64,000 nucleotides of DNA, taken from the NCBI GenBank assembly GCA_029210745.1, contig JARGFI010000006.1, positions 6,509-70,508 of the forward strand, written 5' to 3'. The stretch is from Desulfuromonadales bacterium. Lineage in GTDB: Bacteria > Desulfobacterota > Desulfuromonadia > Desulfuromonadales > JAHYIW01. The position numbers and the translations under genes were made by a program. Shown here one piece after another: positions 28,077-40,403 of this stretch (positions are counted from its first letter, which is position 1; each line of letters starts with the position of its first letter). The notes beneath the pieces are model-generated. The model was not told the DNA's origin. It ran no database searches and saw only the letters and a program-made list of their open reading frames with translations.

Positions 28077-28694
28077 ATGGTACGTGTTAAAATCTGCGGT
28101 ATAACTAACCTTGAAGATGCCCGCCACGCTGTCGCCTGTGGTGCCGATGCCCTCGGTTTTGTGTTTTACCCCGGCAGCCCCCGCCATGTTTCGCCGGAGC
28201 GGGCGCGCACGATTATCGCGGCACTGCCGCCGTTGGTGACGCCGGTCGGTCTGTTTGTCAATGAGACCCCGGAACGGGTGCGGATGATCGCCAAAGTCTG
28301 CGGGATTGAGGTGATTCAGTTGCACGGTGACGAGCCGCCGACTGCGTGCGATTATGCGCCGTCGCGGGTGATCAAGGCGCTGCGGGTCGCGGCTGCCGCG
28401 AGTATCGTCGGGCATGAAAAATACCGCACCGCCGCGCTGCTGCTTGATGCCTGGTGCGCGGACAGTTATGGTGGTACCGGCAAAAGTTTCAATTGGGATC
28501 TGGCCGCCGAGGTTGCCCGCCAGCGCCCGGTGATCCTCGCCGGTGGCCTGACCCCTGAAAATGTCGCGGCGGCGATTCGTACCGTGCACCCCTACGCGGT
28601 CGATGTTTCCAGCGGCGTCGAGCGTTCGCCGGGGCAGAAAGATGCAGCGAAGGTGGCGGCGTTTATCGCCGCAGCCAGAGCAGTGCAGGCGTAG
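28077..28694 (+). CDS. trpF: Phosphoribosylanthranilate isomerase
   Basis: VKICGIT..EDA, ADALGFVF, QLHGDE and LAGGL strings. The stop codon lies inside a REP unit. Confidence 0.9.
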   Translation: MVRVKICGITNLEDARHAVACGADALGFVFYPGSPRHVSPERARTIIAALPPLVTPVGLFVNETPERVRMIAKVCGIEVIQLHGDEPPTACDYAPSRVIKALRVAAAASIVGHEKYRTAALLLDAWCADSYGGTGKSFNWDLAAEVARQRPVILAGGLTPENVAAAIRTVHPYAVDVSSGVERSPGQKDAAKVAAFIAAARAVQA

Positions 28695-28723
28695 GTTGGG
28701 TTGAATGCAATGAAACCCGGCAT
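28689..28723 (+). repeat. Third copy of the CGTAGGTTGGGT...GAAACCC REP unit
   Basis: GCGTAGGTTGGGTTGAATGCAATGAAACCCGGCAT against 5959..5994 GGCGTAGGTTGGGTTGAATGAAATGAAACCCAACAT. Confidence 0.65.
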
Positions 28724-28787
28724 ATTTGTCCGTTGTCGCAAATCATTTGTGTCCGGTAACGTGATATTCAAGTAAAGGATTCAATTT

Positions 28788-29981
28788 ATGTACAACTTCC
28801 CGGATGAACGCGGCCATTTTGGCGAATTCGGTGGCCGCTACGTCGCCGAGACGCTGATGCCAGCGCTGATCGAACTGGAAGCCGCCTATCGCGAGGCGCT
28901 GGACGACCCGCAATTCCACCGCGATTTTTCCTATTATCTCAAAGAATATGTCGGTCGGCCGAGTCCGCTCTATTTTGCGGAGCGGTTGACGACAAAGCTT
29001 GGCGGGGCGAAAATCTATCTCAAACGCGAAGATCTGAATCACACCGGCGCGCACAAGATCAACAATACCGTGGGCCAGGCGCTGCTGGCGCGGCGCATGG
29101 GGAAAAAAAAGGTGATCGCCGAAACCGGGGCCGGTCAGCACGGGGTGGCGACGGCGACGGTGGCGGCGCTCTTTGATCTGGAGTGTGAAGTTTTCATGGG
29201 GACGGAGGATATCCGGCGCCAGTCGTTGAACGTCTTTCGCATGAAGCTTTTGGGGGCGAAAGTCAACCCCGTCACCAGCGGCACCAACACCCTGAAAGAC
29301 GCCATGAACGAGGCGTTGCGGCACTGGGTGACCCATGTGCGCGACACCTTTTATGTCATCGGCACGGTCGCCGGACCGCACCCCTATCCGCAACTGGTAC
29401 GCGATTTTCAGGCGGTGATCGGCGAGGAAACAAAGCAGCAGATCCGTGCCGCTGAAGGGCGCTTGCCCGATGTCGCGCTGGCCTGTATCGGCGGTGGCTC
29501 GAACGCCATGGGGATGTTTTACCCCTTCATCAAAGATCAGGCGGTGCGGCTGATCGGGGTCGAGGCGGCCGGACTCGGTGTTGACACCGGCAAACATGCG
29601 GCCAGTATCGGTGCCGGTGCGGTCGGGGTGCTGCACGGCAACAAGACTTTCCTTTTGCAGGACGCTGACGGGCAGATCAATCACGCGCATTCGATTTCCG
29701 CCGGGCTCGATTACCCCGGAGTCGGGCCGGAACACGCCTGGCTGCACGAGTGCGGTCGCGCCGAATATGTATCGATTACCGACCAGGAGGCGCTTGATGC
29801 GTTCCAGCTGCTGACCCGGCTGGAAGGGATCATCCCCGCACTCGAAAGTGCCCACGCGATTGCGCACCTGATGAAACTGGCACCGACACTTGACCGCGAC
29901 GCGATTATCGTCGTTTGTCTCTCCGGGCGCGGCGACAAGGATATTCACACCGTCGCCGACGCGATGAATTTTGAACTTTAA
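28788..29981 (+). CDS. trpB: Tryptophan synthase beta chain (TrpB1)
   Basis: N-terminal [22 protein letters not shown] site [11 protein letters not shown], and GGGSNAMG. Confidence 0.95.
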   Translation: MYNFPDERGHFGEFGGRYVAETLMPALIELEAAYREALDDPQFHRDFSYYLKEYVGRPSPLYFAERLTTKLGGAKIYLKREDLNHTGAHKINNTVGQALLARRMGKKKVIAETGAGQHGVATATVAALFDLECEVFMGTEDIRRQSLNVFRMKLLGAKVNPVTSGTNTLKDAMNEALRHWVTHVRDTFYVIGTVAGPHPYPQLVRDFQAVIGEETKQQIRAAEGRLPDVALACIGGGSNAMGMFYPFIKDQAVRLIGVEAAGLGVDTGKHAASIGAGAVGVLHGNKTFLLQDADGQINHAHSISAGLDYPGVGPEHAWLHECGRAEYVSITDQEALDAFQLLTRLEGIIPALESAHAIAHLMKLAPTLDRDAIIVVCLSGRGDKDIHTVADAMNFEL

Positions 29982-30033
29982 CTGAAAGGATCGCGAATCA
30001 GCCTGTTTGCATAGCGGGGTGATTCTCCAGCAC

Positions 30034-31344
30034 ATGAAGTTTACCGAACTTGATTTACCTACTGAAGTATTGCAGGGCATCGCCCAGACCGGATTTACTG
30101 ACCTGACCCCGGTGCAGGAAGAATCAATCCCGCTGGCGCTGCTCGGCAAGGATGTTGCCGCCCAGGCGCAGACCGGCACCGGCAAAACGGCGGCATTTCT
30201 GATTTCACTCTTCAGCCGCTTCCTCCAGCGGCCCAAGCCGACCGGGATCCACCCGCGCGCGTTGATTATGGCGCCGACCCGTGAACTGGTGGTGCAGATT
30301 TGCGACGATGCCGAGAAGCTTGGCGCGTTCTGCCCCTTTAAGGTGCAGCCGATTTTCGGTGGCGTCGATTACGATAAACAGCGACAGGCTCTCAAAGATG
30401 GCGTTGACGTGATCGTGGCCACGCCGGGGCGGCTGATCGATTATGCCAAACAGGGGGTCTTCTCCTTTAAAAATGTCGAGGCGGTGGTCATCGATGAGGC
30501 TGACCGGATGTTTGACATGGGGTTTATCAAGGACTTGCGTTACATTTTGCGCAAACTGCCCCCCTTCGATCAGCGCCAGACGATGCTTTTTTCCGCAACG
30601 TTGTCGGCACGGGTGATGGAGCTTGCCTACGAGTTCATGGACCTGGCCGAGAAGGTCAGTATCAAGCCGGAGCAGGTGACGGCGGAACGGGTTGAACAAC
30701 TGCTCTATCACGCCTCCCGCCGTGAGAAATTTGCGCTGCTGATCGGGTTGATGAAGAAGGAAAACGGCCTGGAGCGCGTTTTACTCTTTGTCAATACCAA
30801 GAAAGAAGCGGAGTACCTGGTCGATCGTCTTAAAGTGAACGAGATCAAGGCGGCGGTCATTTCCGGCGACATCCCGCAACGCAAGCGGATGAAGATTCTC
30901 GATGATTTCAAAGAAAACCGGCTGCATTATCTGGTCGCCACCGACGTCGCCTCGCGCGGTCTGCACATCGATGGTGTGACCCACGTGGTCAACTATGACC
31001 TGCCGGAGAATGCCGATGATTATGTGCATCGCATCGGGCGGACCGCCCGCGCCGGAGCGTTCGGCAAGGCGATCAGCTTCGCCGATGAAGACACGGTTTA
31101 TTATCTGCCGGAGATTGAAGAATACATTGGCCGCAAAATCCCCAGCTGCATGCCCACCGAAGAAGATCTTTGCTGGGATTACAAACGGACTCCACGACGC
31201 AAAACAGCTCCCCCTGAGCGTGGCGGTGCGCGCGGTCACAGTCGCGGCGGGCGGGGTGCTGTGGCAAAGCCGGCGGATAAGCCGCCGCGCAGACGGCGCG
31301 CGTCGCATAAAAAAACTGGCGGTACGCCCCCGCCGAAAAGTTAG
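30034..31344 (+). CDS. DEAD-box ATP-dependent RNA helicase with a basic C-terminal tail
   Basis: Q motif (F..L.L...GF...TPVQ), AQTGTGKT, VIDEADRM, SAT, and HRIGRTARAG. The tail is R/G/K-rich. Confidence 0.9.
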   Translation: MKFTELDLPTEVLQGIAQTGFTDLTPVQEESIPLALLGKDVAAQAQTGTGKTAAFLISLFSRFLQRPKPTGIHPRALIMAPTRELVVQICDDAEKLGAFCPFKVQPIFGGVDYDKQRQALKDGVDVIVATPGRLIDYAKQGVFSFKNVEAVVIDEADRMFDMGFIKDLRYILRKLPPFDQRQTMLFSATLSARVMELAYEFMDLAEKVSIKPEQVTAERVEQLLYHASRREKFALLIGLMKKENGLERVLLFVNTKKEAEYLVDRLKVNEIKAAVISGDIPQRKRMKILDDFKENRLHYLVATDVASRGLHIDGVTHVVNYDLPENADDYVHRIGRTARAGAFGKAISFADEDTVYYLPEIEEYIGRKIPSCMPTEEDLCWDYKRTPRRKTAPPERGGARGHSRGGRGAVAKPADKPPRRRRASHKKTGGTPPPKS

Positions 31345-31349
31345 TCGAG

Positions 31350-32063
31350 ATGGATATTCGGCTGACCGGACTGGCCGGGTGCCGTGTTTGCACACGGCTC
31401 TGCGCTTATCTGGACAAGCTGCAAGCCAAACGGGGCTGGAGTCGCAGCGACTATGTGAACGGGCCGGTGCCCGGTTTCGGCGATTTCCGGGCGCGGGTGG
31501 GGCTGGTTGGTCTGGCCCCCGGTGCCCACGGTGCGAACCGCACGGGGCGCCCCTTTACCGGTGACGGCGCGGGTGATTTTATGTATCCGCTCCTGTACCA
31601 GGTCGGGTTTGCCAGCCAGCCGGAGGCGATTGCGGCCGACGACGGATTGCAATTGAACGACCTCTACATTACCAATGCGGTAAAATGTGCGCCGCCGGAG
31701 AATAAACCGGACGCCACCGAGTTCGCTGCCTGTCGATCATTTTTGAAAGCCGAATTCGACAGCATGCCGCAGTTGAAGGTGATTATTTTGCTGGGACAGG
31801 GGGCGTTCACCAGTTATTTGCGGATGCTCAAGGCTGACCGGGTGATTGATCGACTGACCGATTTCCCTTTTGCCCACGGTGCCGTTTATCGTCCGCGTTG
31901 CGGGCCGGTGCTGGTTGCGAGTTATCACACCAGCCGTTACAATGTCCAGACGGGGCGAATGACTGCTCCGCTTTTTCTCGCATTGCTGGCGCAGGTGCGG
32001 AAATTGCTCGACGAGGAAAGCGGCGCAGAGAAAACGGTTGAAAAGCCTCTGTCATTGAATTAG
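31350..32063 (+). CDS. Uracil-DNA glycosylase superfamily protein (family 4/5-like)
   Basis: Motif A variant GLAPGAHGANRTGRPFTGD and motif B HTSRYN. N-terminal cysteines (CRVCTRLC) are consistent with the Fe-S cluster seen in families 4/5. Confidence 0.82.
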   Translation: MDIRLTGLAGCRVCTRLCAYLDKLQAKRGWSRSDYVNGPVPGFGDFRARVGLVGLAPGAHGANRTGRPFTGDGAGDFMYPLLYQVGFASQPEAIAADDGLQLNDLYITNAVKCAPPENKPDATEFAACRSFLKAEFDSMPQLKVIILLGQGAFTSYLRMLKADRVIDRLTDFPFAHGAVYRPRCGPVLVASYHTSRYNVQTGRMTAPLFLALLAQVRKLLDEESGAEKTVEKPLSLN

Positions 32064-32095
32064 ACTGACGAAATTTACTGGAAAATGGTCATACC

Positions 32096-32893
32096 ATGAG
32101 TCGTATTGCGACAACATTTAATGAACTTCGCGCGCGGGGTGAAACGGCGCTGATTCCGTTTGTTACTGCCGGGGATCCGTGTCTGGCGATGACCGGCGAG
32201 CTGATTCACGTCCTGGTTGAGGCGGGGGCTGATCTGATCGAAATCGGGGTTCCGTTTTCCGATCCGATGGCCGATGGGCCGACGATTCAGGCGGCTTCGG
32301 AACGGGCACTGGCGGCGGGGACGACGCTGCCGAAAATTCTGGCGATGGTGCGGACAGCGCGGGAACACACCAATGTACCGATTATCCTGATGGGCTATTA
32401 TAACCCCATCTTTCGCTATGGCGGCGAGTGCTTTGTCAAGGACGCTGTTGCCGCCGGGGTCGATGCGCTGCTGCTGGTCGATTTGCCCCCGGAGGAAGCG
32501 GCGGAGTTGCAGCCGCACATGCGGGCCGCCGGGCTTGAGCTGATCACCCTGCTGGCCCCGACAACCCCGCCGGAACGTCGGCTGAAACTTGCCTCTCGGG
32601 CCGAGGGGTTTATTTATTATGTATCGATGACCGGAGTGACCGGAGCACAGGCGGTCGATGCTGCCGCGATTGCCACTGAGGTGCAGGAGATCAAGGCCTC
32701 CTGTGCCACCCCGGTTGCTGTTGGTTTCGGTATTACGACGCCGGCGGAGGCCGCTGCGGTCGGGGCTTTTGCCGATGCGGTCGTCGTTGGCAGCGCGTTG
32801 GTCAAAATTATTGCCGCCGGGGGCGATACGGCGGCGGTGACGAAGCAAGTTGCCGATTTTATTCGCGGACTGAAAAGTGCCTTGCTGGTCTGA
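32096..32893 (+). CDS. trpA: Tryptophan synthase alpha chain
   Basis: [28 protein letters not shown] and [10 protein letters not shown] strings. Confidence 0.95.
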   Translation: MSRIATTFNELRARGETALIPFVTAGDPCLAMTGELIHVLVEAGADLIEIGVPFSDPMADGPTIQAASERALAAGTTLPKILAMVRTAREHTNVPIILMGYYNPIFRYGGECFVKDAVAAGVDALLLVDLPPEEAAELQPHMRAAGLELITLLAPTTPPERRLKLASRAEGFIYYVSMTGVTGAQAVDAAAIATEVQEIKASCATPVAVGFGITTPAEAAAVGAFADAVVVGSALVKIIAAGGDTAAVTKQVADFIRGLKSALLV

Positions 32894-32928
32894 GCAGCTG
32901 AACCAGGTGCTGAACAAAGGCACTTTTT
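32876..32928 (+). terminator. Possible intrinsic terminator overlapping the trpA 3' end
   Basis: AGTGCCTTG ... CAAAGGCACT stem (large, internally paired loop) followed by TTTTT. Confidence 0.4.
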
Positions 32929-32956
32929 ACTGGAATGTTCCGCTAACGGGGGTGTT

Positions 32957-33718
32957 ATGAAGGTTCAGGTTCTGGGAAACTTCGGCTCCCGTTCGCCGGG
33001 GCATTATACGACGGCGTTGCTACTCAACGACACGTTTGCGGTTGATGCCGGAACGGTGGCGCTGATGTTGCCGATCGACCAGCAGGCCCGGGTTGATGAT
33101 GTGCTGTTGACGCATGCCCATCTCGATCACGTTGCCGATCTACCCTTTCTGGTCGATAATGTTTTTGTTTCGCGTTCCACGCCGATTCGGGTTTGGGGAC
33201 CCCCGCAGGTGCTGGATGTGGTGCATAAACATTTTTTCAATAATCAGGTCTATCCTGATTTTACCGTCATTCCGCCGGGCAAGCCTGCGATCAGGCTTTG
33301 TCCGCTGGTTGCGGGGGAGGTCGCGGAAATAGCCGGGCTGAAAATCGCCTGGGTGGAAATGAACCATACGGTCTACGCTGCCGGTTATTGTATTTCCGAT
33401 GGGGATGCGACCATTCTGGTTTCTGGTGATACGACAACGACAGAGGCATTATGGCGGATGGGGCATACGGCGGTCAACCTGAAACTGGCCTTTGTGGAGA
33501 CCTCGTTTCCCAATGACATGGCGGCATTGGCAACCCTGAGCGGTCACCTGACCCCGGCACTGCTCAAGGAAGAACTTGCCAAACTTGATCGACCCGAAGT
33601 GCCGGCTCTGATTTCACACATCAAGCCGCAGTTTCGTGAGCAGATTCACCGTGAACTGCACGAGCTTGGTCTACCGCAAGTCAGCATTCTCACTGGGGGA
33701 GAAGAGTTCAATTTATGA
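32957..33718 (+). CDS. MBL-fold metallo-hydrolase (class II cyclic-nucleotide phosphodiesterase-like)
   Basis: HAHLDH metal motif within LLTHAHLDHVADLPFL. Length 253 aa. Confidence 0.78.
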   Translation: MKVQVLGNFGSRSPGHYTTALLLNDTFAVDAGTVALMLPIDQQARVDDVLLTHAHLDHVADLPFLVDNVFVSRSTPIRVWGPPQVLDVVHKHFFNNQVYPDFTVIPPGKPAIRLCPLVAGEVAEIAGLKIAWVEMNHTVYAAGYCISDGDATILVSGDTTTTEALWRMGHTAVNLKLAFVETSFPNDMAALATLSGHLTPALLKEELAKLDRPEVPALISHIKPQFREQIHRELHELGLPQVSILTGGEEFNL

Positions 33719-33753
33719 GCTCGGCCCTGATTTCGAAAATGAGGTAAGAGAAT

Positions 33754-34602
33754 ATGTCCTGGTTTCATATCAAGAAAGCGCCGATCGAGTCGGTTGAAGC
33801 AAAGAATGTCAAGATGCCCGAAGGGCTCTGGACGAAGTGCAAAAACTGCAATGAGATTATCTACAGCAAGGAAATTGAGCGCAATCTCAATGTCTGCCCG
33901 AAGTGCACCTATCATTTTCGCATCAGTGCGCGGGAGAGGATTGAATTGACGGTCGATGCAGGCTCGTTTGTCGAGATGGACGCCGCGATGGAATCGACCG
34001 ATTTCCTCAATTTTAAAGATGCAAAAAAATACAAGGACCGGATCAAGGCGGCGGTTAAAAAAAGTGGCGGTGGCGATGCGGTGATCTGCGGCGAGGGGAC
34101 GATTCACGGTGTCCCTGCGATCCTGGCTGTTTTTGACTTCGGTTTCATGGGGGGGAGCATGGGCGCGGTTGTTGGTGAAAAAATCACCCGCGCTATCGAA
34201 CGGGGGCTGGAGAATCGCGCCCCGGTGCTGATCTTCTCTTCGTCCGGCGGGGCGCGGATGCAGGAGAGTATTCTGTCGCTGATGCAGATGGCCAAGACCA
34301 GTGCGGCGCTGGCCAAATTGAAGGCGGCCGGGATCCCGTTTCTGTCAATTCTGACCGATCCCACCACCGGTGGTGTCACCGCCAGCTTCGCCATGCTCGG
34401 GGATCTGAATATTGCCGAGCCCCGTGCGTTGATCGGTTTTGCCGGCCCGCGGGTGATCGAACAGACGATCCGCCAGAAACTCCCCGAAGGATTCCAGCGC
34501 AGCGAATATCTGCTCGAACACGGGATGGTCGACATGATCATTCCGCGGGCGGAAATGAAAGAGCGTCTCGCCCAGATTCTGCGTGTTTTTACAAAGAGCT
34601 GA
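33754..34602 (+). CDS. accD: Acetyl-CoA carboxylase carboxyltransferase beta subunit
   Basis: N-terminal zinc ribbon (CKNCNEIIY...CPKCTYH) and carboxyltransferase strings ([19 protein letters not shown]). Confidence 0.95.
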   Translation: MSWFHIKKAPIESVEAKNVKMPEGLWTKCKNCNEIIYSKEIERNLNVCPKCTYHFRISARERIELTVDAGSFVEMDAAMESTDFLNFKDAKKYKDRIKAAVKKSGGGDAVICGEGTIHGVPAILAVFDFGFMGGSMGAVVGEKITRAIERGLENRAPVLIFSSSGGARMQESILSLMQMAKTSAALAKLKAAGIPFLSILTDPTTGGVTASFAMLGDLNIAEPRALIGFAGPRVIEQTIRQKLPEGFQRSEYLLEHGMVDMIIPRAEMKERLAQILRVFTKS

Positions 34603-34605
34603 CCG

Positions 34606-35874
34606 GTGACCGGTCAGCGGAGTCTGGAGTATCTGTACGGGCTGCAGCGGTTCGGAATCAAGCTGGGGCTCGACAATATCCGGCAACTGCTGCTCCGGCT
34701 CGACCGCCCCGATTCTGCTTTTCCGATCGTCCATATCGCCGGGAGCAACGGCAAGGGCTCTGTTGCCGTGGCGCTGGCGACAATGCTGCGCCTGTCTGGC
34801 TACCGGGTCGGTCTCTATACCTCCCCCCACCTCCATCATTTCGGTGAACGCATTCGGGTCGACGGTGCGCCGTTGGCGGTAGACGATCTGGTGCGTCTGA
34901 CCGATCGCTTGCGCTCGCTGGCCGGCGACCTTCCCGTCACCTTCTTTGAGTTGACCACCGCCATGGCGCTGACCCGCTTTCGCGATTGCAATGTCGATAT
35001 TGCCATCCTCGAAGTCGGCATGGGGGGGCGACTTGACGCAACCAACGCGGTTACCCCGCTGTTGTGTGCGATTACGCCGATCTGCCTCGACCATGCGGCC
35101 TATCTCGGTAACGATCTGACCACGATTGCCGGGGAAAAAGGCGGGATTATCAAGCCCGAAATCCCCGTGGTTCTGGGGAAGCAACCGCCGCTTGCGGAAC
35201 AACGACTCAGGGTGTTGGCAGCGCGGCAAGATGCCCCGCTGTTGAGTTACGGCGAGGATTATCGCGTGATCGACACGGGTGAAACCTTCACCTGGCAGGG
35301 GCCGGGGGGGACGCTGGCAGGGTTGACAGCGGGGCTGGCCGGAGCGCATCAGCGGGACAATCTGGCGCAGGCCCTGTGTCTGGCCGCGCTGCTGCGCGAG
35401 CGCGGTTTTTCCCTCCCCGCCACGCAGCTGCGCCGCGCGGTCAGTGAGACGGTCTGGCCGGGGCGCCTGGAGTGGATCGATGGTGCCCCCGGCGTGTTGA
35501 TCGACGGCGCCCATAATGCGGGCGGGGCCGCGACTTTGGCGGCCTATCTGGCCCGGCACGGGGCCAGGGTGCACTGGGTGGCCGCGCTCAAGGCGGACAA
35601 GAACTGTGCGGAGATTATCGTGCCACTTTTGCCCTTTGCAGCGTCGGTGATCTGCCCGCCGTTGCCGGTCGAAGCCGGTATCGACCCACAGGCATTGAGC
35701 GCCGCAGTGACGGCGCACGGAATTTCTTCCCACACCGCTTTGGATGTTGCCGGAGCCCTCGCTGCCGCCCAGGCAGCCTGCTGTGAAAACGAGATTGTCC
35801 TGGTTGCCGGATCCCTTTTTCTGGCCGCCGCCGTGCGTGAAATTTTGATTGGAACCGAGGCACGATGCGCCTGA
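34606..35874 (+). CDS. folC: Bifunctional folylpolyglutamate synthase / dihydrofolate synthase
   Basis: P-loop-like HIAGSNGKGS, EVGMGGRLDATN, and C-terminal Mur-ligase-like region. GTG start at 34606. Confidence 0.9.
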   Translation: MTGQRSLEYLYGLQRFGIKLGLDNIRQLLLRLDRPDSAFPIVHIAGSNGKGSVAVALATMLRLSGYRVGLYTSPHLHHFGERIRVDGAPLAVDDLVRLTDRLRSLAGDLPVTFFELTTAMALTRFRDCNVDIAILEVGMGGRLDATNAVTPLLCAITPICLDHAAYLGNDLTTIAGEKGGIIKPEIPVVLGKQPPLAEQRLRVLAARQDAPLLSYGEDYRVIDTGETFTWQGPGGTLAGLTAGLAGAHQRDNLAQALCLAALLRERGFSLPATQLRRAVSETVWPGRLEWIDGAPGVLIDGAHNAGGAATLAAYLARHGARVHWVAALKADKNCAEIIVPLLPFAASVICPPLPVEAGIDPQALSAAVTAHGISSHTALDVAGALAAAQAACCENEIVLVAGSLFLAAAVREILIGTEARCA

Positions 35875-37937
35875 AAAAATATCTTTTCATGGGTGGGCTG
35901 ATGTGTGTTGCGCTGCTGCTTTTCATTGTGCCAGCGGTGAGCGCAGCAGACGAAGGCGCCGTTGCCCTCTCCGCTGATACCCTCGATTTTGACCGCGAGG
36001 CCGGGGTTTACCAGGCACGGGGTGACGTGCAGTTGAAATACTCCGGGATGGAGATGACATCCCGGGAAATGATCTGGAATGCGGAGACTCGCGAGGCTCG
36101 GGCGCACGGAGCTGTTGCATTGCGAGACAGTACCACAGAGCTGAACGCCGAGCGGGTCACCCTGCGTCTCAACGACAAGACCGCGTCAGTAACGAACGGT
36201 CGGCTGAAATTTTTAGGGAGCGGGTTGCGGATCAGCGGTGAGCAGATCGAAAAGACCGGTGAAGCAGACTATCTGATCACGAATGGCACCTTTACCGCCT
36301 GTCCCGGCGACCCTCCGGCGTGGAAATTTTCGCTTGATGAACTGGATGTGACGGTCGGTGGCTATGCGGTTGGCAAACATGGTTTTTTCTATCTGCATGA
36401 CATTCCGGTTCTCTACCTGCCATATCTTTTCTATCCGGTAAAAAGTGAACGTGAATCGGGGTTTATGCTGCCCGGATTTGGTTTCTCGGACCGCAAGGGG
36501 TATCAGTTGTCACTGGCCTGGTACCAGGTCATCGGCCGGAATCTTGATGCCACCTTCTCGATCGATTACTTCTCGCGCCTCGGTTACGGCAAAGGGGTAG
36601 AATATCGCTATCTGCTCGGTCGTGACAACCGTGGCGAAGTGCATCTTTACCATGTCAATGCCACCAACGCCGCCGCCGATAATCGTTACGCCGGGAGCTG
36701 GCGTCACCAGGGGATATTGCCCGGGCAGGTACGGTTAAGCGCTGATCTGCATTACGTCAGCGCAAACGATTTTTATGCTGATTTTGGTGAGGCGGCGGGC
36801 GATTACAACCGTGCCCAGCTTGAATCAACCCTTTATGCCGGGCGGAACTGGGGACTGTTGAATCTTTCCGGTGGTTTCAATTATCTGCGCGACCTGGAGA
36901 ACGATAACGACACGACTGTGCAACGTTTGCCGGAGATGCGGCTGGCCGCCATCCGCCGACAGCTTGCGCGGACACCGCTGTGGTGGCGTTTTGACGGAGA
37001 GACAACCTACTTCTGGCGCCGCAGCGGGATGAAGGGGCTTCGTCTGGGGGTGCGCCCGGCACTGGCGACAGTGGTTCGACCGGGAGGTTTTGTTACCTTC
37101 GAGAGCGAGGTCGCCTGGCTGGAGCGCGTCTATCAGACATCGGCAGCCGGTCCCGGCGTGGAACATCAGGGGGTGTTTGACGGGCGCATGGCGCTGAGCA
37201 CGCGCTTGCTCCGGGATTTTTCCCGTCCCGGCTCGTCCCTCGGTCTGCTCCGCCACGAAATAGAACCGGAGCTGAGCTATCACTTTATTCCGGATGATGA
37301 TCAGTCACGCCTCCCCGATTTCGACACTAATGACCGGCTTGAGCCGCGCAATCGGTTGCGGTTCAGTCTTACCAACCGGGTGGCGGGGCGTTTCAGTCGT
37401 GAGCAGCGAAATAGCTGGCGGGAACTGTTGCAACTTCGGCTGGCACAGGAATTTGATCTTGATGAAAAGCGACGTGAGCCGCAAAGTGCCAACGACCAGC
37501 GCCGCCCCTGGTTGCCGCTGGAGATGGAGGCGCTGCTGCGGCCAACCGATTTCAGTTTTATCGATCTTGACCTTGCTTACGATCACTCTGCCGAGCAAGG
37601 CGGTTTTTACAAAAAATTTGCCGCGTTCAACCTGCGTACCGAACTCCACGCTGCGGGCGAAAACCGGCTGAGCGTCGAATATCGCTATACCCGTGATGAG
37701 TTGGAATATGTGGGGGGGGAAGTGGCGTTCGACGGGTTGCAACCGCTGCTGCTGACCTATCGTCATCGTTACGCGCTGGACAACAACCGGACCCTGGAAC
37801 AGTTCGTTGCCGCCGAGTATCGCGGCGAGTGCTGGACGTTGCGGCTGTCGTTACGCAACCGTCCTGATGATCGCAATATTTACCTGACGTTTGAACTGAG
37901 CGGTCTTGATGCGTTGAGCGATTTCGGCGGCTTCTAG
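35865..37937 (+). CDS. lptD: LPS-assembly outer-membrane protein LptD (OstA family)
   Basis: Signal peptide ending VSA|ADE, an OstA-like N-terminal beta-jellyroll region, and a long Y/R/L-rich beta-barrel region. It overlaps the folC end by 10 nt. Confidence 0.85.
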   Translation: MRLKKYLFMGGLMCVALLLFIVPAVSAADEGAVALSADTLDFDREAGVYQARGDVQLKYSGMEMTSREMIWNAETREARAHGAVALRDSTTELNAERVTLRLNDKTASVTNGRLKFLGSGLRISGEQIEKTGEADYLITNGTFTACPGDPPAWKFSLDELDVTVGGYAVGKHGFFYLHDIPVLYLPYLFYPVKSERESGFMLPGFGFSDRKGYQLSLAWYQVIGRNLDATFSIDYFSRLGYGKGVEYRYLLGRDNRGEVHLYHVNATNAAADNRYAGSWRHQGILPGQVRLSADLHYVSANDFYADFGEAAGDYNRAQLESTLYAGRNWGLLNLSGGFNYLRDLENDNDTTVQRLPEMRLAAIRRQLARTPLWWRFDGETTYFWRRSGMKGLRLGVRPALATVVRPGGFVTFESEVAWLERVYQTSAAGPGVEHQGVFDGRMALSTRLLRDFSRPGSSLGLLRHEIEPELSYHFIPDDDQSRLPDFDTNDRLEPRNRLRFSLTNRVAGRFSREQRNSWRELLQLRLAQEFDLDEKRREPQSANDQRRPWLPLEMEALLRPTDFSFIDLDLAYDHSAEQGGFYKKFAAFNLRTELHAAGENRLSVEYRYTRDELEYVGGEVAFDGLQPLLLTYRHRYALDNNRTLEQFVAAEYRGECWTLRLSLRNRPDDRNIYLTFELSGLDALSDFGGF

Positions 37938-37941
37938 TCGC

Positions 37942-40277
<2,336 letters not shown>

Positions 40278-40403
40278 TTATAGCATATGGTCAGGTGGAG
40301 GGCAATCAGGAATGGTTACACTATTTGCCACGGCAAAGCTTGAATCTTCCACCGTAAGCGACTAGAATCAGCTGAACAAAACCCTGTATTGAAAGAAGCA
40401 GAC

